Positions 1 to 8,213 of a stretch of DNA of 32,000 nucleotides are shown piece after piece. The stretch is taken from NCBI GenBank assembly GCA_028710695.1, contig JAQTTP010000003.1, positions 69,285-101,284 of the forward strand, read 5' to 3'. Made by a program: the position numbers and the translations under genes. Under the pieces are notes generated by a model. The model was not told the origin of the DNA. It saw only the letters and a list, made by a program, of their open reading frames with translations, and ran no database searches. Numbering within the stretch: the first letter of the stretch is position 1; each line of letters starts with the position of its first letter. This DNA is from Candidatus Iainarchaeum sp. (GTDB lineage Archaea; Iainarchaeota; Iainarchaeia; Iainarchaeales; 0-14-0-20-30-16).

Positions 1-661
1 TGGGATAATTATTTATTATTTCTTCAAGTAGAGCTAGAATCCGTTTTTCTCCAAAATATTCATAATGATTGTATAAAATGCACATATAATCTTCTCTAAA
101 TGCTCTAAATATGTTTGCTGGGTCAGACCAATCAATCTGTTTTCTTTTTGCAAGAGAAAAATCAATAAAATAAACTTTTCCATCTTTGTATGTTGCATTC
201 TGGAAATGCGGGTGTCCATGTTCTACGCCCAAAGCATGCATTTTTCCTAATTCTCTAAAAAAAGCAGGGAATATGTGTGGGTTAGATGGGTCTTCTAAGA
301 CACTTTGTGTAATACTTTTGCCCATATCCATAAAGGCCATAGGGTGGTGCCCATTTTCTGGAACCTCAAATCTAAAAGGCTCTTCAACATTTACCCCAGA
401 ATTATGTAAATATTTAACAATATCAAGCTCGTGTTTTGAAACATTTCGAAGGTAAACTTTTTTTCCGCTTTTTGTTATAGCAACACGAGTACATTTTGCA
501 AGTAGTTTCATATGCCGATCTCTTAATTCTGGGTTACCGTGTCTAACTGCTAGCATTGCTGATGCTTTTATAGCTGTATCTGTGGAATAAATAGATATTT
601 CTTTTGGTTCTAGTCTTGTTACTTCTGGCCTTTCATAGGGCCGTTTTATTGGCTTTCTCAT
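1..661 (-). CDS. Protein-kinase-like fold protein (RIO/Bud32/Kdo-kinase-like); 3' end runs off the window
   Basis: Absent from the ORF track because it has no in-window stop. Hand translation of the minus strand from ATG (661..659) stays open to position 1: MRKPIKRPYERPEV...ELGKMHALGVEHGHPHFQNATYKDGKVYFIDFSLAK... The H-G-x-x-H-x-x-N then I-D-F spacing resembles a kinase catalytic loop plus a DFG-like motif. Confidence 0.55.
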   Translation of the reverse strand, partial: MRKPIKRPYERPEVTRLEPKEISIYSTDTAIKASAMLAVRHGNPELRDRHMKLLAKCTRVAITKSGKKVYLRNVSKHELDIVKYLHNSGVNVEEPFRFEVPENGHHPMAFMDMGKSITQSVLEDPSNPHIFPAFFRELGKMHALGVEHGHPHFQNATYKDGKVYFIDFSLAKRKQIDWSDPANIFRAFREDYMCILYNHYEYFGEKRILALLEEIINNYP

Positions 662-769
662 AATATATAATCAGTTAAGAAAAATATATACTTTGTGGCT
701 TTTGTGGTCACAGAAACTCTAATTATTTTACACTTGTTTTAGAACCTTGGTTTCTGGGGGCCAAAAGAT

Positions 770-823
770 AAGCTTTTTAATACCTATAATTATATATATA
801 CAGCGATTATCTCTGGTGTTTTT
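770..823 (+). promoter_or_regulatory. Promoter / 5' region of giant gene 1
   Basis: aagctttttaatacc (770-784) resembles the aaacctttataaatacc box upstream of ftsZ. It is followed by a (TA)n tract, cagcgat, and ggtgtttttATG. Parts of this are shared with the giant gene 2 and 17139 gene upstream regions. Confidence 0.5.
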
Positions 824-3800
824 ATGGGCTTAAGGGACTTTTATTTTGGTTTAGAAGATAAATACTATAAAATGATCGATAAACTTGATACTATTTTTCC
901 TGCACATGCGATTGTGGATAGAATAGATAAAGTAATGCCTTCAATGATCCTGTTCTTTATTTTATTTGTAGTTATAATTGTTCTAATAATTTGGGCTGTA
1001 ATTCCGTCCTATGCTCAAATAAATGTTTCTTTCTTTAATGATGGCTTGAGTTTGAAGGAAAAAATCCCTTTTAGTATGTATATTGGGGATGAAAACTACT
1101 CCTTTGTTTCTGACGGAGGGTCAGCAATAGTAAAAATACCAAAAAGTGATCTGTATAGAATAAAAGTTGATACTTCTAAGTATTCAATAGACAAAGATTA
1201 CTCTTTTAGTGATGAAATAAAAGTTTTATTAGATAAAAAGAAAAAAAATATTCCAATACAAATTTATTTTAAATCTGGATATTCTGATGTAGAATCCGCA
1301 AGCGCAATATTTGATTGTGATAATATTTCAATACCGGATTCTGAAGCAAGTAAAGAAACAAATAATGGATATATTGAGATAACTGTGCCAGAAGATTGTG
1401 GAATTTTGAATATTTCTGCAAGTGCAGAAGGTTATAATTCTAAGAATGATGTTTGTGATTCAACTTCTTGTGTAATTAATTTTGAAAGTGCTACAAGCGT
1501 TAGTGATAATGGAAAAACAAATATTCCGACTGCAAATATAGTTGTAAAAATTGCAGATAATTTGGGCTCAAAAGATGGACAGGTAACTATTTATGATTCT
1601 TCTGATTTGATAAACCCTGTTGAAACAGGATATTCTTTAAACGGGTATTATAACTCTAAAGCTTTGGCTGTTGGGGGCTATAAAGTTGCTGTTAATGTTG
1701 GAACTTATTTGCCACAAACAAAAACAATAGTTTTGACTGAAGCAGGAATGAATGTTGATTTCATGGTTATGAAAAACACATTAGGAAATGTATTATTAAA
1801 AGTTGATGAAGAAACAGAATTTTCATATAAGTTGAAAGATTTAAATAATAATATATTGGATTCTGGAAATAGTGACAAAGAAGTTGCATTCCTTCCTGTA
1901 TTTGAGTACGGAAAATACCTGATTGATTTGACTCCAGATAGTAATGAATTTGGAGTAATCTCAAATGAGCAAGTTGAATTTAAAGAAGGCACTTCAGAAA
2001 TTACCTTGGATTTGAAAGAGATAACTTCTTTTAACGCTGTTTTAGTTAAATTGCATGTAATTGATGAATCAGAATCTCCAATACAAGGCGCAAAAGCATT
2101 TGTGCAAGATTTGTTTAGCGGATTTGAAGTGTTTAGTTATAACTTCCCAGAAACTGATGAAAATGGAGACACTCAACTTCCCATTACTGAAGAAGGGGCT
2201 TACTCTTTTAGAGTTTACAAAGGTTATTCAGAAGGAATGAGCGAGCAAGTAACAATTACTTTTGAGCCAGGAACTGAAATGCCAGAAGAAGAGTTGGATG
2301 TTGTAATTTATTTGGGAAATGGAAGTTTTAATATAACTGTTTTGGATGAATTAGATTATGTTGTGCCATTTGCACAAATTGATTTTTATACAAAAGGACT
2401 GACAAAAAAATCAGGAACAAAATTAACTGATAATGCTGGAAAATTATTATTTTCATTAAAAGCAGGAACAGAAAAATTCTTTGTGGCATCTAAAGAAGGC
2501 TATATGCCATTCTATAGTGAAGCAAGGTTTTTAACTCCTGCAAATATTTGGGATATAAATGCAAATTTAGAACCACAAAAACTAAAAGAGGATGATGAAA
2601 AAGCAAGAGTTGAATACTTGGGTGTATTTGATGCTCTTGGCGGAGAACCAACTAATTTCGAAGTTGATAAAGCAGTATATTTGGGTTATGATATCCACCT
2701 TTACACTGATGTGGATGAAATGAACTTCGAATATACTACTGGAAAAGAAACAACAACTGTAGAACAAGATTCTTTATTTATTTTTGATAGTAGTTCTTCA
2801 TCACAAGTGGATTCAATGTATGAAGATCTGGAAAAAACAATTTACACTGAGGATAAAGGAAAAATATTAACTGCAAAATGGACTACTGGATTGGATTCTG
2901 CAAAAGTGGAAAAAGGAATTTATAGGATCTATGTGAAAGTAATGGTTAGAAATGATAGCTCAGTATCTTTGTACGAACCATTGAATATAAAATGGAAATT
3001 ATATTTGGATGAAAAGTTAAATTCAAGCGAAGAAAAAGAATATTTCTTAGGAAGTAGTTTGGATTGTAGTGATATGTTTTGTGCAAAAACATCTTTATTG
3101 GACATTGAAAACCAAATCTATGTTGAAAATATTGGAAATGTAAATAAAAATGAACAAAAATATCCTTTAGTAATTGGAAAGAAGTATAAAACTGAATTCA
3201 CCTTAATGAACGGAATAACTGCAAGCGATGGAGAAATTGAAAATGGATACTTGAAAGCACACACAGCAACAAGTTCAGATACAAGTTTCATGGCTGTTGA
3301 AAATGATGTTGATAAATATAATTTCTATCAATTTTCAAATATATCTTTGAGTGGACCAAACAGCGAGAGCCAATATTATGGCGCCGCAAAAACAATTTTA
3401 GTAGATAAATATAATTTCACAAAATTCTTTGCAAATAAAACAATTTCTGGAAGCTTTAATTTAATTCCAACTTATGATAATGGGAATTACATTAACTTTT
3501 GGGTTATAGATTCTGATAAACAAGTTCCAGTAAGGGGGGCTCCAGCATTTAATTATTGGTTTGTGCCTGATGCACCACACTCTCTGAGCATAAAACTATT
3601 CCCTAATACTTTGTTAGTGCCAAATAAAGTTCAGAATTTGAAAGTGTATGTTTATGATGAACTTGAAAGTGTTGTAAAAGACGCAAAAGTAGTTGTATTA
3701 AAGAAAGCACCTAATGACTCAGTATACAAAACTGTGCAAGGTTGTAATAACTTAACAACTGATTATGAGGGCAAAGTAGTTTGTGAACTTCCGCCTTTTG

Positions 3801-6800
3801 AACCTAATACCTTTATACAAGTGTTGGCTTACAAAGAAGGATACAAGAGCTACAAGCATAATGATTTATTGCCTGATTTGAAAGTTGTGGAAGAAATAAT
3901 TTCTTTTAATCCTGCGAAATTGGATATTACAATTTCATATCCTAAAGAAAAAGCAGTGGTTGCAGATTTGACAATTGCAAATGCAAGTGCACAGGATTTA
4001 ATAATAAACAATATTGATTTGCAATTTGATAAATATTCTGAAAATTCTAAATTCCTTTTGAACTGGGAAGCAATGGAAGCTTACTTTGAGTCAGAATATA
4101 AAGGAAAAGTTATTTATGGAATTGAAGAAGATAAAGGAGTAAATGAAACAATTTTGCAAAACTTCTTTAAGGTAATAGCAAATGACACTTTTGATAAGAG
4201 TGTATATGCTGATAAAATTGGCGGAATAATAAAAGTAACTTTGGATACAAGTCCAGGAACTGTAACTTTGGATATTCCTTTTTCAATAAAATTCAAATTA
4301 GATTCTTATCCTGAAAATGCAGGAGAGTGTTTGAAGATTTCAATGCTAGAAAAAGATTTCTATATTGAAAAAGCAACAAACACAGAAATCGAAATGATAA
4401 ATACTTGTTTGTTAGATTCTGAAAAATTAACTCCTGCAATATTTGATAAATTATTTTTGTTGCTAACTTTAGAAGATGGAAGTTATAGTATTGTGAATTA
4501 TAGTTTAACAATACCTGACAAAGTTTCAAAGAATGTTGATATCGGAGTTCCTGCTTTACTTCTTGAAAATCTGAAAACAGATGTAACAAAACCAGATATG
4601 ACTGGGTTCTTGGGAATGACTCCTAAGTCAGTAAAAGGAAACCAAAAAATTGGAATTAAATTAATGGGTTATGTGACAACGGAATCTGGCCCAGCAAAAC
4701 TTGAATCTAATACAATATCAATTAATGTAAATACTGTTGAGTTAGCAAATTGTATTGGGGTTTACAATGACAACGGCGAAAAAATAGACAGAATAGATTT
4801 TGGTGTGTTTAGTAGTATAGAATATTTGGCGACAGCAGAATCAATAAATAATAAAGTTCATGGTCCATCAACAGAAATAGAAATAAAGAACGAATGTTCT
4901 GGATCTTTGTTGTATATAAGAGCATGTAAAGATAATGAAAATAATTTTAGTCCGGGTTGTGGAAATGAAAACAGCGATGCAAAACTTTCATTCTCTGTTG
5001 AAGACTTCACAAAAGGAATTGAATTGGCTGGTGGCGCAAGCCAAAAAGTAGAGATTTATAGGCCATCAATACCTGGTGCATATGCTTTAGATCTGTGGGT
5101 AAAAACAAAAGACCAATGGGGCTATAAAAAGATTTATGATGTTAAAACAAATGTAAAAACAACAACCGCATTTGGATACTTTAGTTATAATCCATTCTTG
5201 CCTATGTTTGATCTGAATACTGATATTACTCCTATGACAAATGGAGACGAATTTGAGTCAGATATAATGTACCTGTTCAATAGAGATTTATGGGTTTCAA
5301 AGATGAGTGATTTAGAGACTCTAGAAAAAATAGCAGAATGTGATACTGGCGGCTCTGGATGTTGGAATTCTTTAGATAGATTAGATCTGAGCTCTGGACT
5401 TGGTGACGATGGAGATAGTGTAGACAATTCAGAAACTGCGAGAAAAGCAGTATTCTATAGTGGAGTGGGAGTTGCAGGTGTTGGAGTTATTATTTTGATT
5501 GGTGTTGCTCTGTGTGCATCTTCTGTGCCAGTAGCCGGTTGGATTATTGGTGGTGCCGCGGCCATTGCTGCAGGGACATTTGCAATAATTTCTGCATTGG
5601 CTCCGGATGACTTTGAACAAATAACAGAATATCACTTGTTTGATATGGTTGGGGAAGATATTGCTCTTGATGCTGTGATTTATAGTCAAACTGATAAGAA
5701 AACTTATAATTGGCTGGATGGTACTTCAATGGATCCCGTAAAGTTGACGAGCTTGTTTGGAGAGCGGTATTATGATCTGTATTATGTTAATAAAGAAGTT
5801 GCTGGGTCTGTAGGATTTGCAGGCGGAGACCACAAGAAAGATTTGTGGTTTACTGTGTATTGTGGAACTGAATATGAGCCAGTTGTAGATGCAATTGTAA
5901 TAAACGACATAAAAAAAGAAGTTTGTGGCTGGCCTGAAGATGAACCTTTTGTTGTGAATGGTTCTGATGTTGAATTTAGACCAGATTGTTCTGATGCAGG
6001 ATTCTTGGACGGATTTGAACTACATTCACATGTTTATGTTCCTTGTGTTCTAAAACCAAAGAACTGGGTATATGAACAATTCAAAGGTGTAGATTATGGT
6101 TTGCCAAATACTGGTTTGGCAAGAGTAAAATATACTACAAAAGATTTGAAGCCAGGATATAATTACTTTGATGTTGATATGAATGTTATTGGGCTTTTGG
6201 ATATAGATCCAAAAGAAGTAAAGTTTAGAGTTTCTTTGTACAACCCTTTATCTGAAGAAGAAAAAATTCTTCCTCTTGGAGACTCTTGTAAGAATCTAAG
6301 TGGAGAGATTATTGGTTATACTGGTGAAAAAGCAAGGCCAAAACTAAAGTTTGTATGGGATTGGCAATCACAGGGGTCTGTTTTGAGCCCATATGAAGAT
6401 ATGAACTTTTGTAATACAGATAACTATTGTGACTCAACTCAATTCATGATGAATATGTTCAATAGAATAAATACATTTAATGATGAAATTTTGGATTTGA
6501 GTAAGAGCAATGATATGGATTTGCCGAAAACAAATCCTCAACCAGAAACACTTAAACCAGAGTATGACTACGATCCTGCAAAAGCAGAATCTCTTGGAGT
6601 TAAGTCTGTAAAACTAGAATTTACTAATTCAAACCTTTTGTATTTGAAAGTATCAAAAGATGTTGATGTAAATGTAAGTAAAATAAGTGTAATAGTTGGT
6701 GGGGCAGATGGGTCTTCTGGAGATATGGCTGTATCTTCTCAAAATCCAAATGTGTTTACTTATACCATATCTGATCAACCAGTTGAAGAATACAAAGATT

Positions 6801-8062
6801 TAGATGGAAAGAAGTATTCAATCATTTTGAAAATATATTCCGGAAATGAATCCGGGTTGTTGCCTGTGAATGTAACGTTAACATATATTCCAGAAGTACC
6901 TGCAAAGCCAATAAACGTACCTTTGTCAACAGAAATAATGGATGGTGCAATGGCTTTATCTAAATGGTTCTGGGATACTAATATGAACTTAGATGATGCT
7001 ACATCTGACACTTTGTTTGATGCACAAAAGAAGATATATTTCTTGGCAAACATAATGAAAGATGGATTTACAGAAGACTTCTTTAATGACTTTGTAAATT
7101 CATGTAATAGTGAATTCTTTGTGTGTCCAAGTGAAGTAAAAGATAGTTTTATGGCTCTTATGGAAGAAGGGCGTTTGAAAGTAGTTAATGTAGATGGCAC
7201 AAACAAATTAAATGGCCCCGGAAAGTATGTTGTAAGAACTATAATTGATTATAAGAATACAGACCTAGAAATTAAAGATGCAAATATAATAATAATTTTA
7301 GAGAAAGTTGAGCCACCAATACAAGATAATATTTTGTATTATATGCCTCTGGATGGTCCTATTGGAATAAGTGATTATAGTGTTGATAGACAAGGCTATG
7401 GTGTTGACTTCTCTGGAGCAACAATTGACCTTTTTAAGCTTGGAAATTTAGCAAAGAAATTGACAGTAAACACAACATCTAATCCAATAAATACTGTGAA
7501 TGTAGAATCAAATTATGATTTTGCTTCTGCTAACAAAATTGCAAGAGGCAGAGTTTTAGGAATAAATACTTTGGGCGACCAACAAGTGTTTGTGAACTTT
7601 GTTCCAATGAATCAAACAAAGTTTAACTTTGAACTAACTCCAGAAACAGATAAAGATACAAAATTCTGTTATGAAGTAGAACTTGATGACCAGATAATGA
7701 AAGGTCCAGATTCCTTGCTGCCGTTCTTTGCAAAAGATCCTGAAGCAAAAGATTTCACAGGACAAATGATGGTAGATAACTACCCTAAATTTGCAGAGGC
7801 AGGAGTTTGTGGAGATCAAGCTGGATTGAAGTATAGCTTAGAATCAGTAATGAGTTCTGATCCAATAGGTCTTTACACTTATGTGTATGCTTTGAATAAC
7901 ACAAATGTAAAAGTGACCAATAGTAGTTATGACAATACAGAAAGTTTGTCTGGAAAAACATTAAGTAGTGTATTTGATGATATTGCTGCAGGAAGGCTGT
8001 GTATAAATTCCACAAGCCAGACAATGGATGTATTTTGGAATGAATATGCTCAACAAAATTAA
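824..8062 (+). CDS. Giant membrane-anchored surface protein 1 (2412 aa), family unknown
   Basis: Single uninterrupted 7.2-kb ORF. N-terminal ~40 aa are hydrophilic, then a hydrophobic helix (MILFFILFVVIIVLIIWAVI). It has repeated segments with the carboxypeptidase-regulatory-like pattern, e.g. KLHVIDESESPIQGAKAFVQD...TDENGDTQLPITEEGAYSFRVYKGY. There are many N-x-S/T sequons and an internal Gly/Ala-rich double hydrophobic segment at aa ~1542-1593. The Cys-containing C-terminal region is colinear with the next gene. Confidence 0.9.
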   Translation: MGLRDFYFGLEDKYYKMIDKLDTIFPAHAIVDRIDKVMPSMILFFILFVVIIVLIIWAVIPSYAQINVSFFNDGLSLKEKIPFSMYIGDENYSFVSDGGSAIVKIPKSDLYRIKVDTSKYSIDKDYSFSDEIKVLLDKKKKNIPIQIYFKSGYSDVESASAIFDCDNISIPDSEASKETNNGYIEITVPEDCGILNISASAEGYNSKNDVCDSTSCVINFESATSVSDNGKTNIPTANIVVKIADNLGSKDGQVTIYDSSDLINPVETGYSLNGYYNSKALAVGGYKVAVNVGTYLPQTKTIVLTEAGMNVDFMVMKNTLGNVLLKVDEETEFSYKLKDLNNNILDSGNSDKEVAFLPVFEYGKYLIDLTPDSNEFGVISNEQVEFKEGTSEITLDLKEITSFNAVLVKLHVIDESESPIQGAKAFVQDLFSGFEVFSYNFPETDENGDTQLPITEEGAYSFRVYKGYSEGMSEQVTITFEPGTEMPEEELDVVIYLGNGSFNITVLDELDYVVPFAQIDFYTKGLTKKSGTKLTDNAGKLLFSLKAGTEKFFVASKEGYMPFYSEARFLTPANIWDINANLEPQKLKEDDEKARVEYLGVFDALGGEPTNFEVDKAVYLGYDIHLYTDVDEMNFEYTTGKETTTVEQDSLFIFDSSSSSQVDSMYEDLEKTIYTEDKGKILTAKWTTGLDSAKVEKGIYRIYVKVMVRNDSSVSLYEPLNIKWKLYLDEKLNSSEEKEYFLGSSLDCSDMFCAKTSLLDIENQIYVENIGNVNKNEQKYPLVIGKKYKTEFTLMNGITASDGEIENGYLKAHTATSSDTSFMAVENDVDKYNFYQFSNISLSGPNSESQYYGAAKTILVDKYNFTKFFANKTISGSFNLIPTYDNGNYINFWVIDSDKQVPVRGAPAFNYWFVPDAPHSLSIKLFPNTLLVPNKVQNLKVYVYDELESVVKDAKVVVLKKAPNDSVYKTVQGCNNLTTDYEGKVVCELPPFEPNTFIQVLAYKEGYKSYKHNDLLPDLKVVEEIISFNPAKLDITISYPKEKAVVADLTIANASAQDLIINNIDLQFDKYSENSKFLLNWEAMEAYFESEYKGKVIYGIEEDKGVNETILQNFFKVIANDTFDKSVYADKIGGIIKVTLDTSPGTVTLDIPFSIKFKLDSYPENAGECLKISMLEKDFYIEKATNTEIEMINTCLLDSEKLTPAIFDKLFLLLTLEDGSYSIVNYSLTIPDKVSKNVDIGVPALLLENLKTDVTKPDMTGFLGMTPKSVKGNQKIGIKLMGYVTTESGPAKLESNTISINVNTVELANCIGVYNDNGEKIDRIDFGVFSSIEYLATAESINNKVHGPSTEIEIKNECSGSLLYIRACKDNENNFSPGCGNENSDAKLSFSVEDFTKGIELAGGASQKVEIYRPSIPGAYALDLWVKTKDQWGYKKIYDVKTNVKTTTAFGYFSYNPFLPMFDLNTDITPMTNGDEFESDIMYLFNRDLWVSKMSDLETLEKIAECDTGGSGCWNSLDRLDLSSGLGDDGDSVDNSETARKAVFYSGVGVAGVGVIILIGVALCASSVPVAGWIIGGAAAIAAGTFAIISALAPDDFEQITEYHLFDMVGEDIALDAVIYSQTDKKTYNWLDGTSMDPVKLTSLFGERYYDLYYVNKEVAGSVGFAGGDHKKDLWFTVYCGTEYEPVVDAIVINDIKKEVCGWPEDEPFVVNGSDVEFRPDCSDAGFLDGFELHSHVYVPCVLKPKNWVYEQFKGVDYGLPNTGLARVKYTTKDLKPGYNYFDVDMNVIGLLDIDPKEVKFRVSLYNPLSEEEKILPLGDSCKNLSGEIIGYTGEKARPKLKFVWDWQSQGSVLSPYEDMNFCNTDNYCDSTQFMMNMFNRINTFNDEILDLSKSNDMDLPKTNPQPETLKPEYDYDPAKAESLGVKSVKLEFTNSNLLYLKVSKDVDVNVSKISVIVGGADGSSGDMAVSSQNPNVFTYTISDQPVEEYKDLDGKKYSIILKIYSGNESGLLPVNVTLTYIPEVPAKPINVPLSTEIMDGAMALSKWFWDTNMNLDDATSDTLFDAQKKIYFLANIMKDGFTEDFFNDFVNSCNSEFFVCPSEVKDSFMALMEEGRLKVVNVDGTNKLNGPGKYVVRTIIDYKNTDLEIKDANIIIILEKVEPPIQDNILYYMPLDGPIGISDYSVDRQGYGVDFSGATIDLFKLGNLAKKLTVNTTSNPINTVNVESNYDFASANKIARGRVLGINTLGDQQVFVNFVPMNQTKFNFELTPETDKDTKFCYEVELDDQIMKGPDSLLPFFAKDPEAKDFTGQMMVDNYPKFAEAGVCGDQAGLKYSLESVMSSDPIGLYTYVYALNNTNVKVTNSSYDNTESLSGKTLSSVFDDIAAGRLCINSTSQTMDVFWNEYAQQN

Positions 8063-8183
8063 TAAAAAAGTAAGTAGGTAAAGAACAGCATTAGTTAGGT
8101 TAAAAAAATGCTAAAAAAAGGTCAACGGTTAGTACAGAAAGGAGACAAAAAACACCTCTTAAGATGGTGTACAAAATTTGGCT

Positions 8184-8213
8184 CCTATAAGAATTATAAT
8201 TATTGGTGATTGT
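8184..8213 (+). promoter_or_regulatory. Promoter / 5' region of giant gene 2
   Basis: cctataagaattataattattggtgattgtATG parallels cctataattatatatata...ggtgtttttATG upstream of gene 1. Confidence 0.45.

Noticed and set aside
34-455. Track ORFs 34..219(-) and 186..455(+)
   Set aside because: They are out-of-frame or antisense fragments within the longer partial kinase-like ORF, which is open across 1-661 on the minus strand.
8178-8213. TTG start extending giant gene 2 by 12 codons (MAPIRIIIIGDC)
   Set aside because: The paralog alignment begins exactly at ATG 8214, and the extension would cover the TATA-like tract shared with gene 1.
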